Below, in pieces: positions 18,727-28,844 of a DNA stretch of 64,000 nucleotides. Source of the DNA: a virus (lineage: Duplodnaviria > Caudoviricetes); the IMG/VR virus record IMGVR_UViG_3300047576_000104, positions 1 through 64,000 of that record, one strand, 5' to 3'. The notes below the pieces were generated by a model, which was given only the letters and a program-made list of their open reading frames with translations, ran no database searches and was not told the DNA's origin. Within the stretch, counting starts at the first letter, position 1, and each line of letters opens with the position of its first letter. Both the position numbers and the translations under genes were made by a program.

Positions 18727-19066
18727 TGATGCGATCACTTTCCGCGAAGCAGCGCGAGTGATCCGCCGGAGAAGGAAGCGGAAGACTTTTATGCCAGATG
18801 TGCTTATCCGTGCTCTTCAGAGCAGGGCGAGGCGGATCGAGCCAGGGGATGGTTGACTCAGGGCTCACTCATCGGGTGAGTGATGATTTCGCGGAGCGCC
18901 AGCGACTGGTGGCCGATGCGATCTTGCTGGAGCGCGCGGCTCAGGTGCTGATGCGCCGGTATCTGAGCGATGTTCCTGCCTACGCGTCGGAGCTTCAGAT
19001 GCTCGCGCATGTCTGGCGGAGGCAGGCGGAGGAGTCACGGACCTGAAGGCGGGTTATGCTCGCAGT

Positions 19067-19324
19067 ATGAACGTGAACCACACGGAGACCTGCCTCTGTA
19101 TGGTTGCTGCTACGGTGACGGTTGAGTGGTCGTGCGGCTGGGGTCATCCTGCCTATGCAGCCTTGTGCCAGATGCATGGCCAGATCCATGTTGCCGCACT
19201 GCTGAGCGGGGCTATCATGTGCGGCCGGTGCCGTCGCGAGGATGGCAGGGAGACGGCTGTGATGCTCCGGCTGGTCAATGGCAGGAAGGTAAGTTCGAGG
19301 CTGGGCAGAAGGCAGGTGGGATGA
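19067..19324 (+). CDS. Small Cys-rich hypothetical protein
   Basis: CxC, CGWGH, CQMH, CGRC. Confidence 0.5.
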   Translation: MNVNHTETCLCMVAATVTVEWSCGWGHPAYAALCQMHGQIHVAALLSGAIMCGRCRREDGRETAVMLRLVNGRKVSSRLGRRQVG

Positions 19325-19540
19325 TGGTCAGGATGATGCAGGTGCCCGGGAGAGTACCGGGTGTTGATCAGAGTGTGGTGAACGCGGAACTGCGGGCACA
19401 GATCAAGGCGCTGCGGGAAGAGAATGCGAGGCTCAGGGCGGAGGCTGCTGATATGGGCGTTGAGTTCGGCCGTCTGGCTGCGCAGGTTGCTGTCCTGGAA
19501 GAGACCGTTTTTCAGGGGGAGTAGCCGGTATCATTACCAT

Positions 19541-19654
19541 GTACCGTGGCCTGTATGCGTTTACCATCGTGCGCAGTCCCGGTACCGGCAATGAGAGGGG
19601 GGCGGTTGGCAATGCAGGCTTCTTCGGATGGCAAAGCCGCCGACTGTCCCCCTC
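19541..19654 (+). ncRNA. Candidate structured RNA (two hairpins; 16-bp stem with G-U pairs and a UUCG-capped inner stem)
   Basis: GAGGGGGGCGGTTGGC (19595-19610) pairs with GCCGACTGTCCCCCTC (19639-19654) using 3 G-U; inner GGCTT/AAGCC and TC-TTCG-GA; upstream GTACCG/CGGTAC hairpin. Confidence 0.45.
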
Positions 19655-19685
19655 AATTTGGAAGTAGGATAGTAACTGGTGCGAG

Positions 19686-20066
19686 ATGGCGAAGCTGATG
19701 GGCATCAGGCGAGCGTGGTTGGTTGAGTGTGATCTGCGCTGCCAGCAGAGGCTGACTATCGTTCTGCGCAGCGGTCAGTCGGTCAAGGATATTGCGATTG
19801 ACCAGGGCTGGGGTACGGTTTTTAGGGTTGACGCTGCTGGTACGCACATGGTCTGGCTTTGCCCGCGCCATCGGTACCTGGCAGTAGCTGCAACTGCTTT
19901 CCGGCCGGAGCCAGAGCATGAAGAGTGGTGTCCTCGCAAGACAAAAGCAAAACCGTGCTGCTGCTCGGCAAGAGGGAGCAGGCCGACTACGTGGGATCCC
20001 GCTGTTCATGCTGCGTGCGGGGCTGGTGTCATTGAGACTATTCAGGTGAAGGGCGAGATCCTGTGA
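19686..20066 (+). CDS. Cys-rich hypothetical protein
   Basis: ECD..C...GW...WLCPRH pattern typical of small phage Zn-fingers. Confidence 0.5.
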   Translation: MAKLMGIRRAWLVECDLRCQQRLTIVLRSGQSVKDIAIDQGWGTVFRVDAAGTHMVWLCPRHRYLAVAATAFRPEPEHEEWCPRKTKAKPCCCSARGSRPTTWDPAVHAACGAGVIETIQVKGEIL

Positions 20067-20238
20067 TTGCGCTGCGCAGGTGCTGGTGGTGTGGCAAGCT
20101 AACTGAAGTGGACACGGAGCTTCCTGAAAGCAATGGCTTGCTGCGTGATGACAGCACGTTCGACGGCTCGGAGTCTTGGATATGCCTGGATAACACGGCT
20201 TGTGTGAGCAGGGCACGGGCGAAGGGCTCACGGGTACG

Positions 20239-21990
20239 ATGACATCCCCTGTACTTGACCCGGATTGGCTGCCGTCTGAGGCTTTGTACCGGATCGCTGA
20301 GACCGTTCGCACTAGCTACGATATTGAACTCCCTGAGCTGCCGAACTGGAATAGCGGAGCTTGTTTCCAGCATGGAGGGAGTCTCAAGGATCCGGTTCCT
20401 GGTTGTCGTAAGTGCGGTGTGCGCCCGAGGCGGCATCAGCGTATCGGGATCACCTGGCTGTGGCTGATGAAGCGGGCCGGCCTGTTTGACTCCACCGGGC
20501 TGGGAAAGACAGTGCAGATCGCCGGCCTGCTGGCCCTGATGCAGCAGGACGGGCGTCTTGCCAGGAAAGCGCTGATCATCTGCCGGGCTTCCACTATTGG
20601 TCAGTGGAAGGATGAGCTAGCCCGGATGATCCCGTCCTTGCAGGTGATCACCATGACGGGCACTGCTAGCCAGCGTGGCGCGAAGCTGGCTAAGGAGTGG
20701 GAGGTGGTGATCTGCGGCCCGGAGATGCTGGCGTCCAAGGTGACCAAGGGCGCTGCTCAGCTTGAGCAGTTTGATATCGGAACTGTCATTTGCGATGACA
20801 TTGAGTCGCTGAAGAACCAGAACAAGACTTCAGCTACGATAAAGAAACTCTGCGCTGATGCTGACCGGGTGGTGATCGCCACTGCCACCCCCTTGGATAA
20901 GCGGCTAGGGCAGCTGTACGACCTGGGTACTGTCCTCGGGTGGGAGTCGGTGTTCGGCTCGCGTGAGGAGTTCCTGCACCGGCACGTCAACCAGCAGCAG
21001 ACTTGGTACGCACCTCGGTTGAAGCCTGTAGTGTGCAAGTCTTGCAAGACCTGGATGAAGCCTGATTTCCGGCGGCATGTGTGGGTGGATGGCAGCAAGC
21101 AGACTGGCCCGTGCCCGAAGAGGCCAGGGCAGCCTCATCTGCCATTGTCTCGCTATAGGCCGGAGATGAAGTTCAATTGGGTAGAGCGCGGTCCGATCGC
21201 GGAGAACCTGCCTGAGTTCAGGGCGAAACTGGCTCCGCTCGTGCTCCGCCGTTTGGCAGCGGACTGCGATGACATGTCCATGCCGGACGTGGAGGCGTCT
21301 CAGATCTGGCTGGATCTCGGTGACCGGCAGAAGGCCCGGTATGACGAGGTTAAGCACGGCATTCTTTCCCGGATGAACGAGGCTGGCGAGCGGCTGAGCA
21401 AGCAGGAGATCGAGAACTGGTGGGTCCGTGCTTGGCAGGTCACTTCCGGGCTGGCTAACCTCGATACAGGTATCTCTGGCGAGAGCGTCAAGCTTGACTG
21501 GGTGATGGAATCCCTGACCGGAGACCTGTCGGCTGAGCCGGTGGTTGTCTACTGCTATTTTCGGAATACGCTTGCCGATCTGGCACATCGCCTTGACAAG
21601 GCCGGGGTGAGTAATGTACGCATCTGGGGTGCACAGGATCTGTCCCAGACAACCGGTGCCTTGTCCATGTTCGACTCCGGGGCTGCCCGTGTCATGCTGA
21701 TTACCGATGCCGGCGGAGCAGGGCTGAATCTCCAGAAGTCCAGGAGGCTGATCCTGGTCGACACGCCGAGGTCGGCTGCCCGCGTGGCTCAGATCATCGG
21801 ACGTGTCAAGCGTGATGGATCGGTGCATGAGACGTGCTACGTGACGCAGCTCCTGACGACCACCCCGATCGAGCGGGCGCTGGCGCAGATGATCTCGCGT
21901 GAGGCCTTGATGAGCGCCCAGGTACTGGATCACGGTCAGGTAGCCGGAGAGTTCGTTCCGGAGGATCTGATAAAGGCGGTGACTGGTTGA
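20239..21990 (+). CDS. SNF2-family helicase-like protein
   Basis: DSTGLGKTVQ (I), CDDIE (degenerate II), TATPL (III), AGGAGLNLQ (V), QIIGRVKRDG (VI). Confidence 0.88.
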   Translation: MTSPVLDPDWLPSEALYRIAETVRTSYDIELPELPNWNSGACFQHGGSLKDPVPGCRKCGVRPRRHQRIGITWLWLMKRAGLFDSTGLGKTVQIAGLLALMQQDGRLARKALIICRASTIGQWKDELARMIPSLQVITMTGTASQRGAKLAKEWEVVICGPEMLASKVTKGAAQLEQFDIGTVICDDIESLKNQNKTSATIKKLCADADRVVIATATPLDKRLGQLYDLGTVLGWESVFGSREEFLHRHVNQQQTWYAPRLKPVVCKSCKTWMKPDFRRHVWVDGSKQTGPCPKRPGQPHLPLSRYRPEMKFNWVERGPIAENLPEFRAKLAPLVLRRLAADCDDMSMPDVEASQIWLDLGDRQKARYDEVKHGILSRMNEAGERLSKQEIENWWVRAWQVTSGLANLDTGISGESVKLDWVMESLTGDLSAEPVVVYCYFRNTLADLAHRLDKAGVSNVRIWGAQDLSQTTGALSMFDSGAARVMLITDAGGAGLNLQKSRRLILVDTPRSAARVAQIIGRVKRDGSVHETCYVTQLLTTTPIERALAQMISREALMSAQVLDHGQVAGEFVPEDLIKAVTG

Positions 21991-21999
21991 TGGTTTGGT

Positions 22000-22755
22000 A
22001 TGGCAAGGGGAGTAGGGTCGACAGGCTCGTATTATGTCAGTATGAGTGATGAGCCTGTCGACCCACCAATTTCAGAGCTGATGGAGAAGCTCATCGCTCA
22101 GTCCCGTGTGATCGCGTGGCGCTACTGGCATAGTGCTCCGTACGTGCTGGACTTCGAGGAGCTGGTATCCCTCGCTTACAAAGGCCTGGTTGAGGCTCAT
22201 TCCCGCTGGCCGGCCTACTGCGAGAAGAACGGTTACAACCCGGATACTACTCGTTACTTTACGGAATATAGTCTCAGGCGTATGAGAGGCAGCATTCTCG
22301 ACTACATGCGGGCTCAGGACTGGGTTCCACGTACGGTGCGTGACCGGTCCAGGGCCTTGCGCGACGCGGGACAGGATCAGGGCCAGACTCAGCAGCAGAT
22401 GGCCGAGGCGACCGGCATGACCCGTCAGCAGGTCAGCGATACTCTGGCGGCTATGGCACGGCGGCCGGTTGGGTTCGATCCGGCAGAGCATGATGTGCAG
22501 GATGCGGCAGATACGGAGAGTTCTGCTGTAGTGGATGATTTGCTGGCGACGGCGGTAGGAGTTATGCAGGAGCTGCCTTTGCCCGTGCAATTCGCACTCG
22601 CATTGACGTTCTACAGCGGGCTGACGGTCAAGCAGGCTGCGGAGGCACTGGGCATGGAGGCAGGGGAAGTTCAGCAACTTCAACAGACCGGGGTTTTGGC
22701 AGTGCATTCTGTGCTTGCTCATGCTGCGAGGGAGAAGAAAGATGGCATTGACTGA
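22000..22755 (+). CDS. Sigma-70 family sigma factor, FliA/WhiG (sigma-28)-like
   Basis: EELVSLAYKGLVEA, F.EYS.RRMRGSILDYMRAQDWVPRTVRDR, LTFYSGLTVKQAAEALG. Confidence 0.9.
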   Translation: MARGVGSTGSYYVSMSDEPVDPPISELMEKLIAQSRVIAWRYWHSAPYVLDFEELVSLAYKGLVEAHSRWPAYCEKNGYNPDTTRYFTEYSLRRMRGSILDYMRAQDWVPRTVRDRSRALRDAGQDQGQTQQQMAEATGMTRQQVSDTLAAMARRPVGFDPAEHDVQDAADTESSAVVDDLLATAVGVMQELPLPVQFALALTFYSGLTVKQAAEALGMEAGEVQQLQQTGVLAVHSVLAHAAREKKDGID

Positions 22756-23233
22756 GGTCGAAAAATGTGCGGGCCGTTTGTTCCGTGGTATGGCTGAGCA
22801 GGTGTTGGCGGTCGCCTGGACCGATTTTCCTGACTGTGCGCCGTGCTCTCCTCAGGTGAGCTTTTTCAGGCATGAATGCTCTGCTGCGAAGGGCCGGACG
22901 CGTGCGGTGCTGCTGCGGGATATGACACTGGTCAGCCCGGAGATCTGGGTGAGCTGGGAGAACGACAAGCTGATGTGCCGGTCTCCGAGAGAGGCTCAGC
23001 AGCGTATGGAAGAAGGCGTCGTCGCGGAGTACGAGACGGTGCTGGCAGGCAAGTTCGAGTTCACCTGGAAGCAGGGAAAGTGCGGGCGCTGCCAGTTGAC
23101 GGTACTGTCACGTGAGGGTGTGCTGAAGGATGCCCGGCCGGCCTTCAAGATCAAGCAGGGAGACCTGGCTGCCTACGGCGGCAGTGGCAACGGCGGCATT
23201 GACTCGTTCAAGCGGGAGGGGGATTTGATATGA
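22742..23233 (+). CDS. Hypothetical protein (CxxC motifs)
   Basis: Overlapping start; CAPC, CGRC. Confidence 0.55.
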   Translation: MALTEVEKCAGRLFRGMAEQVLAVAWTDFPDCAPCSPQVSFFRHECSAAKGRTRAVLLRDMTLVSPEIWVSWENDKLMCRSPREAQQRMEEGVVAEYETVLAGKFEFTWKQGKCGRCQLTVLSREGVLKDARPAFKIKQGDLAAYGGSGNGGIDSFKREGDLI

Positions 23234-23787
23234 CTAAGTGGGATCCGAGCGCGAGGCCAGTCGCTGATGCGGAGTCCGGTGTCAACAGTGCAGGTACGGA
23301 GATCACTCCCATAGAAGCGGTGCTCGATAGGAGTGCGACTAGGAAGCTGCACGCACAGGCTGACCTGTCAGCGCAGATTATCGAGGAGCGGCAGAAGCGC
23401 GCGTCTGAGCCGATCCATATGGAGGGCCTGAAGCCACTGCCGCTCGGCATGCCACGCCTGCCGAACGGTGTCATTCCCGGTGGTTCTGATGCTACGTCGC
23501 TGGTGCCTAGCATGCGGCGAGCCATCCCGCCTCCGTTCAGCCGGGAGTCGATCAGTATTGATCACCATGGCAAGAGTTGGCAGTATATGCAGGCCGGTGC
23601 GGTGCGAGCTGACGATATTGTGGTGGATTTCGGGAAGATCGCTGGCTGGTATGAGCACACGCTGTACGAGACGATTGCCGGTGTCAAGGCTGCGGTTGAT
23701 GTGGAGATGTGTCTGGTCAACATAGCAGGTGAGATGCGTCCCTTCGGGTTGGCCGAGGAGATCCGGGTGTTCAGGAAGCACGGATGA
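23230..23787 (+). CDS. Hypothetical protein
   Basis: ATGA overlaps at both ends. Confidence 0.6.
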   Translation: MTKWDPSARPVADAESGVNSAGTEITPIEAVLDRSATRKLHAQADLSAQIIEERQKRASEPIHMEGLKPLPLGMPRLPNGVIPGGSDATSLVPSMRRAIPPPFSRESISIDHHGKSWQYMQAGAVRADDIVVDFGKIAGWYEHTLYETIAGVKAAVDVEMCLVNIAGEMRPFGLAEEIRVFRKHG

Positions 23788-25271
23788 CTACTCCTCAGGA
23801 CCCTGAGACCGTGATTCTTGGTGCCGTCCTGCCAGACCGGGTTGATCGTCTGGAGATGGCGACCCGCCGGTTGCGCCCGAAGCATTTCTCTGGCCAGGTG
23901 CTGCCTAGCCTCTTTGCGTTTTTCGGCAATTACCTGGATCTGACCGGCGAGGTGGCGACCCGTCAGGCGCTGGCCGGGTTCCTGGAGAATCGGCGGGTGC
24001 AGTCCGGCACCATCGCCTTGTGGCTGGAGACGTTCGACGCCGTGATGGCGGTGCAGGTCAGTGACGGCGAGTTCAAGTGGGCCGTGGAGCAGCTTCGCGA
24101 GATGGCCTCATCTAATGCTACTGGAGTGGCCCTGTCCGGAGCGTATGAGATTCTTACCCGGGGCGTGGAGACGCCTAAGGGCGAAAAGGTAGTGGGGCCT
24201 GATGCGGCCCGGCAGTATGTCATGGAGAAATTCGCTGAGATTGACGCTGACCTGAACCAGGCCGAGGCTCCGGAGGGGGACATCCGGCAGGAGCGGGCAC
24301 AGATCATCAGCCGTTACGCGGCAACAGCTGAGCGTGTCAAGCGAGCCGGCGGGATGCCCGGTATCGCCACGGGCATTGCCCCTCTGGACAGGCTTCTCGG
24401 TGGCGGCGTGCAGAGTGGTGAGTTTGCTCTTGTTGCCGGGTTCTCAAGCTCAGGCAAGACCAGCCTCTGCGTATCTACGACCTGGAATGCCTGCGTGGTA
24501 CAGGGCAAGAACGTTGTGCTGTTCACCTCGGAGACCTTGCGCCCCCAGGTGATTAACAAGATCATTTCCCGGCACTCACGCCATCCGCAGTGGGTGATGG
24601 AGATGCCTGACGGCATAGACAGTGCCCGTATCAGGGCAGGATCGCTGAGCGGCCCTGAGATTGCCCAGTACCAGGAGGTTCTGGACGATTTTACAGATAA
24701 TCCCGCGTACGGCAAGTGCTTTGTAGCTCAGTTGCCATTCGGCGCGACTGTGGGGACGGTCGCATCCCGGCTAGCCAGGATCGGGCACCTTTTCGAGGTT
24801 CACCTGTGCATTATCGATTACGTACAGCTCCTGCGTGCGGATCAGCGGCGTGACGCCAGCCATGAAGAGGCTGCACAGATCGTCAAGGACGTCAAGGCTA
24901 TCGCTGCGACGTTCGGCAGCGGGACCGGAGTGCCCGTTATCTCCCCCTGGCAGGTCAACAGGCCAGGACGGGACCGGGCGCTGAAAGAGGGCAGCTACTC
25001 TGGCGTTGATCTGGCGTCGACATCTGAGGCATTCAATTCCCCGGATATCGTGATCACGCTGCTGGAGCCGCAGAAGATCGAGAACCCGCGAGGTACCCCG
25101 GTCAAGGGCGAGCTGCTGAAGAACCGGGACGGCCCGCGAGGCGCTCAGATCCCGCTGAAGGTCGACTACGCTACCTCGTTCTTCCAGGCAGAGGATGATG
25201 TTCCCGGCGGGCAGTACTTCGCTCCCGGTACAGACTATGGAAGCAGTGTGCTGATGGGAGGCAGGCGATGA
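23784..25271 (+). CDS. dnaB: DnaB-like replicative helicase
   Basis: IATGIAPLDRLLGGG, GFSSSGKT (Walker A), FTSE, IIDYVQL, WQVNR, KNRDG. Confidence 0.9.
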   Translation: MTTPQDPETVILGAVLPDRVDRLEMATRRLRPKHFSGQVLPSLFAFFGNYLDLTGEVATRQALAGFLENRRVQSGTIALWLETFDAVMAVQVSDGEFKWAVEQLREMASSNATGVALSGAYEILTRGVETPKGEKVVGPDAARQYVMEKFAEIDADLNQAEAPEGDIRQERAQIISRYAATAERVKRAGGMPGIATGIAPLDRLLGGGVQSGEFALVAGFSSSGKTSLCVSTTWNACVVQGKNVVLFTSETLRPQVINKIISRHSRHPQWVMEMPDGIDSARIRAGSLSGPEIAQYQEVLDDFTDNPAYGKCFVAQLPFGATVGTVASRLARIGHLFEVHLCIIDYVQLLRADQRRDASHEEAAQIVKDVKAIAATFGSGTGVPVISPWQVNRPGRDRALKEGSYSGVDLASTSEAFNSPDIVITLLEPQKIENPRGTPVKGELLKNRDGPRGAQIPLKVDYATSFFQAEDDVPGGQYFAPGTDYGSSVLMGGRR

Positions 25272-25492
25272 TGGAGCTGAAGGTGGCGCTCGGCACTGGG
25301 AAGAACACGTCAGGCTGTCGAACGTGCGGGGAGGTTTTCACTTCCCTGGGCGGGTTTGACAGTCACTGGCGTGGATGGGCTAAGCGTGACGGGAAGTGCC
25401 GTCCTCCTGCTGAGGTCGGATTGGTGCAGCGTGCGGACGGCAAGTGGCACTACCCTGGCAGTCACGCTAGGAGGCAGAACACTGGTCCTTGA
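25268..25492 (+). CDS. FDXHR-type zinc-binding phage protein
   Basis: CRTCGEVFTSLGGFDSHW...CRPP.EVGL. Confidence 0.75.
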   Translation: MMELKVALGTGKNTSGCRTCGEVFTSLGGFDSHWRGWAKRDGKCRPPAEVGLVQRADGKWHYPGSHARRQNTGP

Positions 25493-25688
25493 TGGATGAC
25501 GAGCTGCTGGCTGATATCGCACTCGATCCTGATGAATGAGACCTGTCTACGGCGGAGCAGGGCTCGGTCCAGCTTGGGCGGGAGGCCCTCAAGAGGACGA
25601 TGCTGAAGATTAGACGTCACTACGTCATGTCCAGCCAGGTCAGCTGTACACGCAGGATGTTATTGATGCTGCGCTTGCGAGAGCTGCT

Positions 25689-26264
25689 GTGCCTGCCTCC
25701 GGCAGCCTGACTCAGTTTGCCAACCATAAGATTTCGATAGCGACAGCATGCCAGTGGGCTGGCATGCGTGTGTTCGAGGGTGAGGGCGAACGAAAGGTCC
25801 GGTGTCCTTTCGGGGACGTCGCTCACGCTGACGGCGGGGTAGAGGCCTCGTTCCGAATGTATGAGAATGACAACAGCGCATACTGTTTCGCGTGCTCGAA
25901 GTACTGGTCACCTGTCGGCCTGATGTCTGAGTTCTGGGACTGCACCAGGGCTGAGGCAGCGGAGCGCATGTGCAAGACGGCAGGGATCACCCCGCCGGAC
26001 TGGCGGGAGCGGTGGGAAGAGCTGCAGCACCCTGTCCCGCCAGATACCGCGTCCCTGGCCGAGGCGTTGAAGCGGTGGTGCTCTCGGATCTACGGCCCGC
26101 TCTGGGGGGTAGATCAGTTCGAGCCACGGCTGGCTGTTCCGCTGATGGCCTGTCTTGGGGTTCTGCCCCTGGTGTCCTCCGGCAAGGAAGCAGACATCTG
26201 GCTTCACGGTTGTAAACTAGCCATGCTACCATTGCTTCAGGAACAAGGAGATGAGTGCAAATGA
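25689..26264 (+). CDS. Stand-alone primase zinc-binding (CHC2-like) domain protein
   Basis: RCPF...H.D...SFRMY...AYCFAC; no TOPRIM domain. Confidence 0.7.
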   Translation: MPASGSLTQFANHKISIATACQWAGMRVFEGEGERKVRCPFGDVAHADGGVEASFRMYENDNSAYCFACSKYWSPVGLMSEFWDCTRAEAAERMCKTAGITPPDWRERWEELQHPVPPDTASLAEALKRWCSRIYGPLWGVDQFEPRLAVPLMACLGVLPLVSSGKEADIWLHGCKLAMLPLLQEQGDECK

Positions 26265-26527
26265 CGACAATCAAGCTGCCAGAGAAGGCTCAGCCTGGAG
26301 TGCTGCCTGACCTGGAGGCCCTGATGACGATTTCCAGGGCAGCCGTGGAACTTGGGATCAGCAGGCAGGCCGCGCACAAGATGGCGAAATCTGGCAGGAT
26401 CAAGGCGTGGCGGATCCCGTCGGCCGGGGACGACCGTCCGCTGGTGGTCCTGACGGAGGACGTGCTGGCAAGAAAGAAGGAGATGCTGGATCAGGGAGTA
26501 GTAGCGGCCCCGGACGGCCGGGAGTAG
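26255..26527 (+). CDS. HTH DNA-binding protein (excisionase/HTH_17-like)
   Basis: MTISRAAVELGISRQAAHKMAKSGRIKAWRI. Confidence 0.8.
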   Translation: MQMTTIKLPEKAQPGVLPDLEALMTISRAAVELGISRQAAHKMAKSGRIKAWRIPSAGDDRPLVVLTEDVLARKKEMLDQGVVAAPDGRE

Positions 26528-26540
26528 GCGGGCCGGGATC

Positions 26541-26762
26541 ATGATGACTACTGTTCCGCCTGGACGGGTGCGTCAGGGTGAGAGGATCACTATTCCTGTG
26601 CGTTCCTCTAGCAGGAAGAACAATCGGCTAGTGGTTCTGCATGAGGCAGGGGCGGCGTGTCCTGGGTGTCCTGGGTTCCGGTTTCGCGGTACGTGCCGTC
26701 ACATAGCTGTCAGTCGTGCCTGGCTAGAGGCTGTGATTCCTCCTCGGGAACTTCCTAGTTGA
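26541..26762 (+). CDS. SWIM-type zinc finger protein
   Basis: GCPGFRFRGTCRHI. Confidence 0.6.
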   Translation: MMTTVPPGRVRQGERITIPVRSSSRKNNRLVVLHEAGAACPGCPGFRFRGTCRHIAVSRAWLEAVIPPRELPS

Positions 26763-26771
26763 CAACCGTCA

Positions 26772-27014
26772 GTGATGGGATTAGGGTTCAGGCAGGAGGT
26801 GGTATTAGTGGTCAGGGAAGGGTGCAGGCACCCAGAGGTTTCGGTGCAGCTCTCCAGCGGGGACGGCGGAGCCGGGGTGATCATCGGACGTGTGAGTGGA
26901 GCCCTGCGGAGGGCCGGGCATGCTGATGAGATAAGTGATTTCACGCAGCAGGCCATGGACGGCGATTACGATCATGTGCTCCGTACCTGCATGGAGTGGG
27001 TGGATGTGACGTGA
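26772..27014 (+). CDS. Small conserved hypothetical protein
   Basis: VQLSSGDG...IIGRVSGALRRAG...DYDHVLRTCMEWV. Confidence 0.6.
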   Translation: MMGLGFRQEVVLVVREGCRHPEVSVQLSSGDGGAGVIIGRVSGALRRAGHADEISDFTQQAMDGDYDHVLRTCMEWVDVT

Positions 27015-27301
27015 TCGGTCGTTGTCCTGGCTGCGGTCTGTCACATAAGGACAGTGATCTTGTGCGTGAGCACACCCGGTACTGCAGGAAATACAAGGCC
27101 CTGCTTGCCTACCATCCAGAGCGTGCCCTGGATCCTGAGGCTGAGTTCATCCGCTGGAGAGACGAGGACCGTTCAGGCGAGCGTGACGATCGCAGACAGG
27201 ATGCTGTGGATGAGGCTGACCGGCGTCGGGCTGTGCAAGCCAGCCGGTGGGCCACGCCTGTGGATCTACTGGCAGATGAAGCATGAGCAGGACGTGGACT
27301 T

Positions 27302-27748
27302 ATGTCCAAAGGAGAATTTGTGTCCGAGCCAACTGAAGATGAGGTCAGGCAAGCACAGTACGAGTCGCCCAGGAGTGTGGCGTTGCGGGCGGCTCGTGAG
27401 CAGCGGATGGTCGAGTGGTTTCGTGATCGCCATTGGCGGGTGTGCACTGAGCTGATGTACGAGACGGCTGATATTTCCGTCAAGCAAGGGGAATTCTGGA
27501 TCCTCGGGGGTAAGGTGTTCCGCACCCCGTTCGGCAACAAGGGCACCCACGGGTACATCCTTCAGGAGGTGGAGCGGGGTACCGGGGCGGATATCTGGCG
27601 CGGCACAGAGCCTAGCCGGGCATCTTTCGGGTGGATTACCATCAGCCATGCAGCAGAGATGTTCCCCGGTTCTATCGCCGGAGAGGTACCTCCGCGCCCG
27701 TACGGTCAGCGAGGTGGAGTAGGCGCGCGGAGGGACAGCGGGAAATGA
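27302..27748 (+). CDS. Hypothetical protein
   Basis: 148-aa ORF. Confidence 0.5.
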   Translation: MSKGEFVSEPTEDEVRQAQYESPRSVALRAAREQRMVEWFRDRHWRVCTELMYETADISVKQGEFWILGGKVFRTPFGNKGTHGYILQEVERGTGADIWRGTEPSRASFGWITISHAAEMFPGSIAGEVPPRPYGQRGGVGARRDSGK

Positions 27749-27947
27749 GTTACTGGCAGGTAGAAGCGCATTCGGCACGAGGTGCAGTGGTGACGTTCGG
27801 GCTGAGCGCGCCCGTAGAGGAGGCGGCTATGGGGGAAGCTCTTCACATGCTGCCGTTTGAGCCGCGCCGGATCCTGATCAAGCCGGTGCTGCCGCGAAGT
27901 GAGCGAGCAAGAATAGAGTAAGTAATTCCAGTAGGTGGGGTAAGAAG

Positions 27948-28844
27948 ATGCGTGATACCGGAAGCTCAGTCCCAGCAGGGCCAGAAGAGCTTTTCAGGGT
28001 GTATTACGGCTATGTCAGGAAGGTTGTTGCGGCTACATCGGCGATCAGGGCGCAGGATGTCGATGATGTAGCCATGGAGATCATGACCAGGCTGATTGAG
28101 CGTGATGTGATAGGCATGTTCGATCCAGCCAAGACGTTCAGTTACGGGGATAAGCAGATTCCGGCGCGGTTCAGCACGTTTCTGACAGCACAGGTTTCGT
28201 TGTATGTTAAAGGGCAGCGAGACCGGCTTGGCCGGCAGCACAAGAGGGAGCTGTTCGTTATCGATAGCCCGCCTCCTGGAGAGGACGGCGGCTTGTCCTG
28301 GGCCGATGTATTCGGTGGTTCCGAGGACGACCTGTCTGGCCTGGACGCGGCTGAGTGGATCAGGCAGGCTAGGGGGTTCCTGTCAACTGTGCCCAGAAGG
28401 TCCGACAGGGATAGCTGTGATCTGGTCATGCTGTTTGATGAACTGGTCTCCCAGGTAGCAGCAACTGGCACTGTAAATTCTGCTGAGACTGCGGCGCGGC
28501 TCGGCGTGTCCTCAGCCGTCACTGGTCGCTGGGTGCAGTGGCTCCGGTCTAATCTCCGGCAGCAAGCGGCTCTTTCTCGCAGGGTGACTATAGCCGGGGA
28601 CACTTACACCCTCGCCCATGTCAGGCAGGCTGTGGCTATCTTGCAGGGCGTGAAGGGACAGCCGCACGTACGGCAGCCGCTGCAGCGGGCCGGCAACCCT
28701 CTCTGGCAACTGGACTACCACAAGGTTGCTCGATACGAGCGGGCTACGTTCGCCATTGAGGTGCCCGCAGGAGACCACCACCGGCCGGCCCCGCACGTCC
28801 TGACCGCAGTCGTGCATCACCTTGAGCGTGTGGCTGCCACATGA
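27948..28844 (+). CDS. Second sigma-70-like (ECF-like) factor with C-terminal extension
   Basis: LFRVYYGYVRKVV...DVDDVAMEI...FSTFL (region 2); SAETAARLGVSSAVTGRW (region-4 HTH). Confidence 0.65.
   Translation: MRDTGSSVPAGPEELFRVYYGYVRKVVAATSAIRAQDVDDVAMEIMTRLIERDVIGMFDPAKTFSYGDKQIPARFSTFLTAQVSLYVKGQRDRLGRQHKRELFVIDSPPPGEDGGLSWADVFGGSEDDLSGLDAAEWIRQARGFLSTVPRRSDRDSCDLVMLFDELVSQVAATGTVNSAETAARLGVSSAVTGRWVQWLRSNLRQQAALSRRVTIAGDTYTLAHVRQAVAILQGVKGQPHVRQPLQRAGNPLWQLDYHKVARYERATFAIEVPAGDHHRPAPHVLTAVVHHLERVAAT

Noticed and set aside
19595-19654. SRP RNA or c-di-GMP-I riboswitch (CAGG...GGCAAAGCC)
   Set aside because: Only short motif resemblance; the required loops and architecture are absent.
20905-21933. 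Long minus-strand ORFs (e.g. 20905-21933, 30719-31663, 44507-45475, 45692-46555)
   Set aside because: Antisense shadows of high-GC + strand genes with no recognisable motifs.
26255-26527. Excisionase implying a prophage/integration module
   Set aside because: No integrase, att site or host genes in the window; it is a generic HTH protein.
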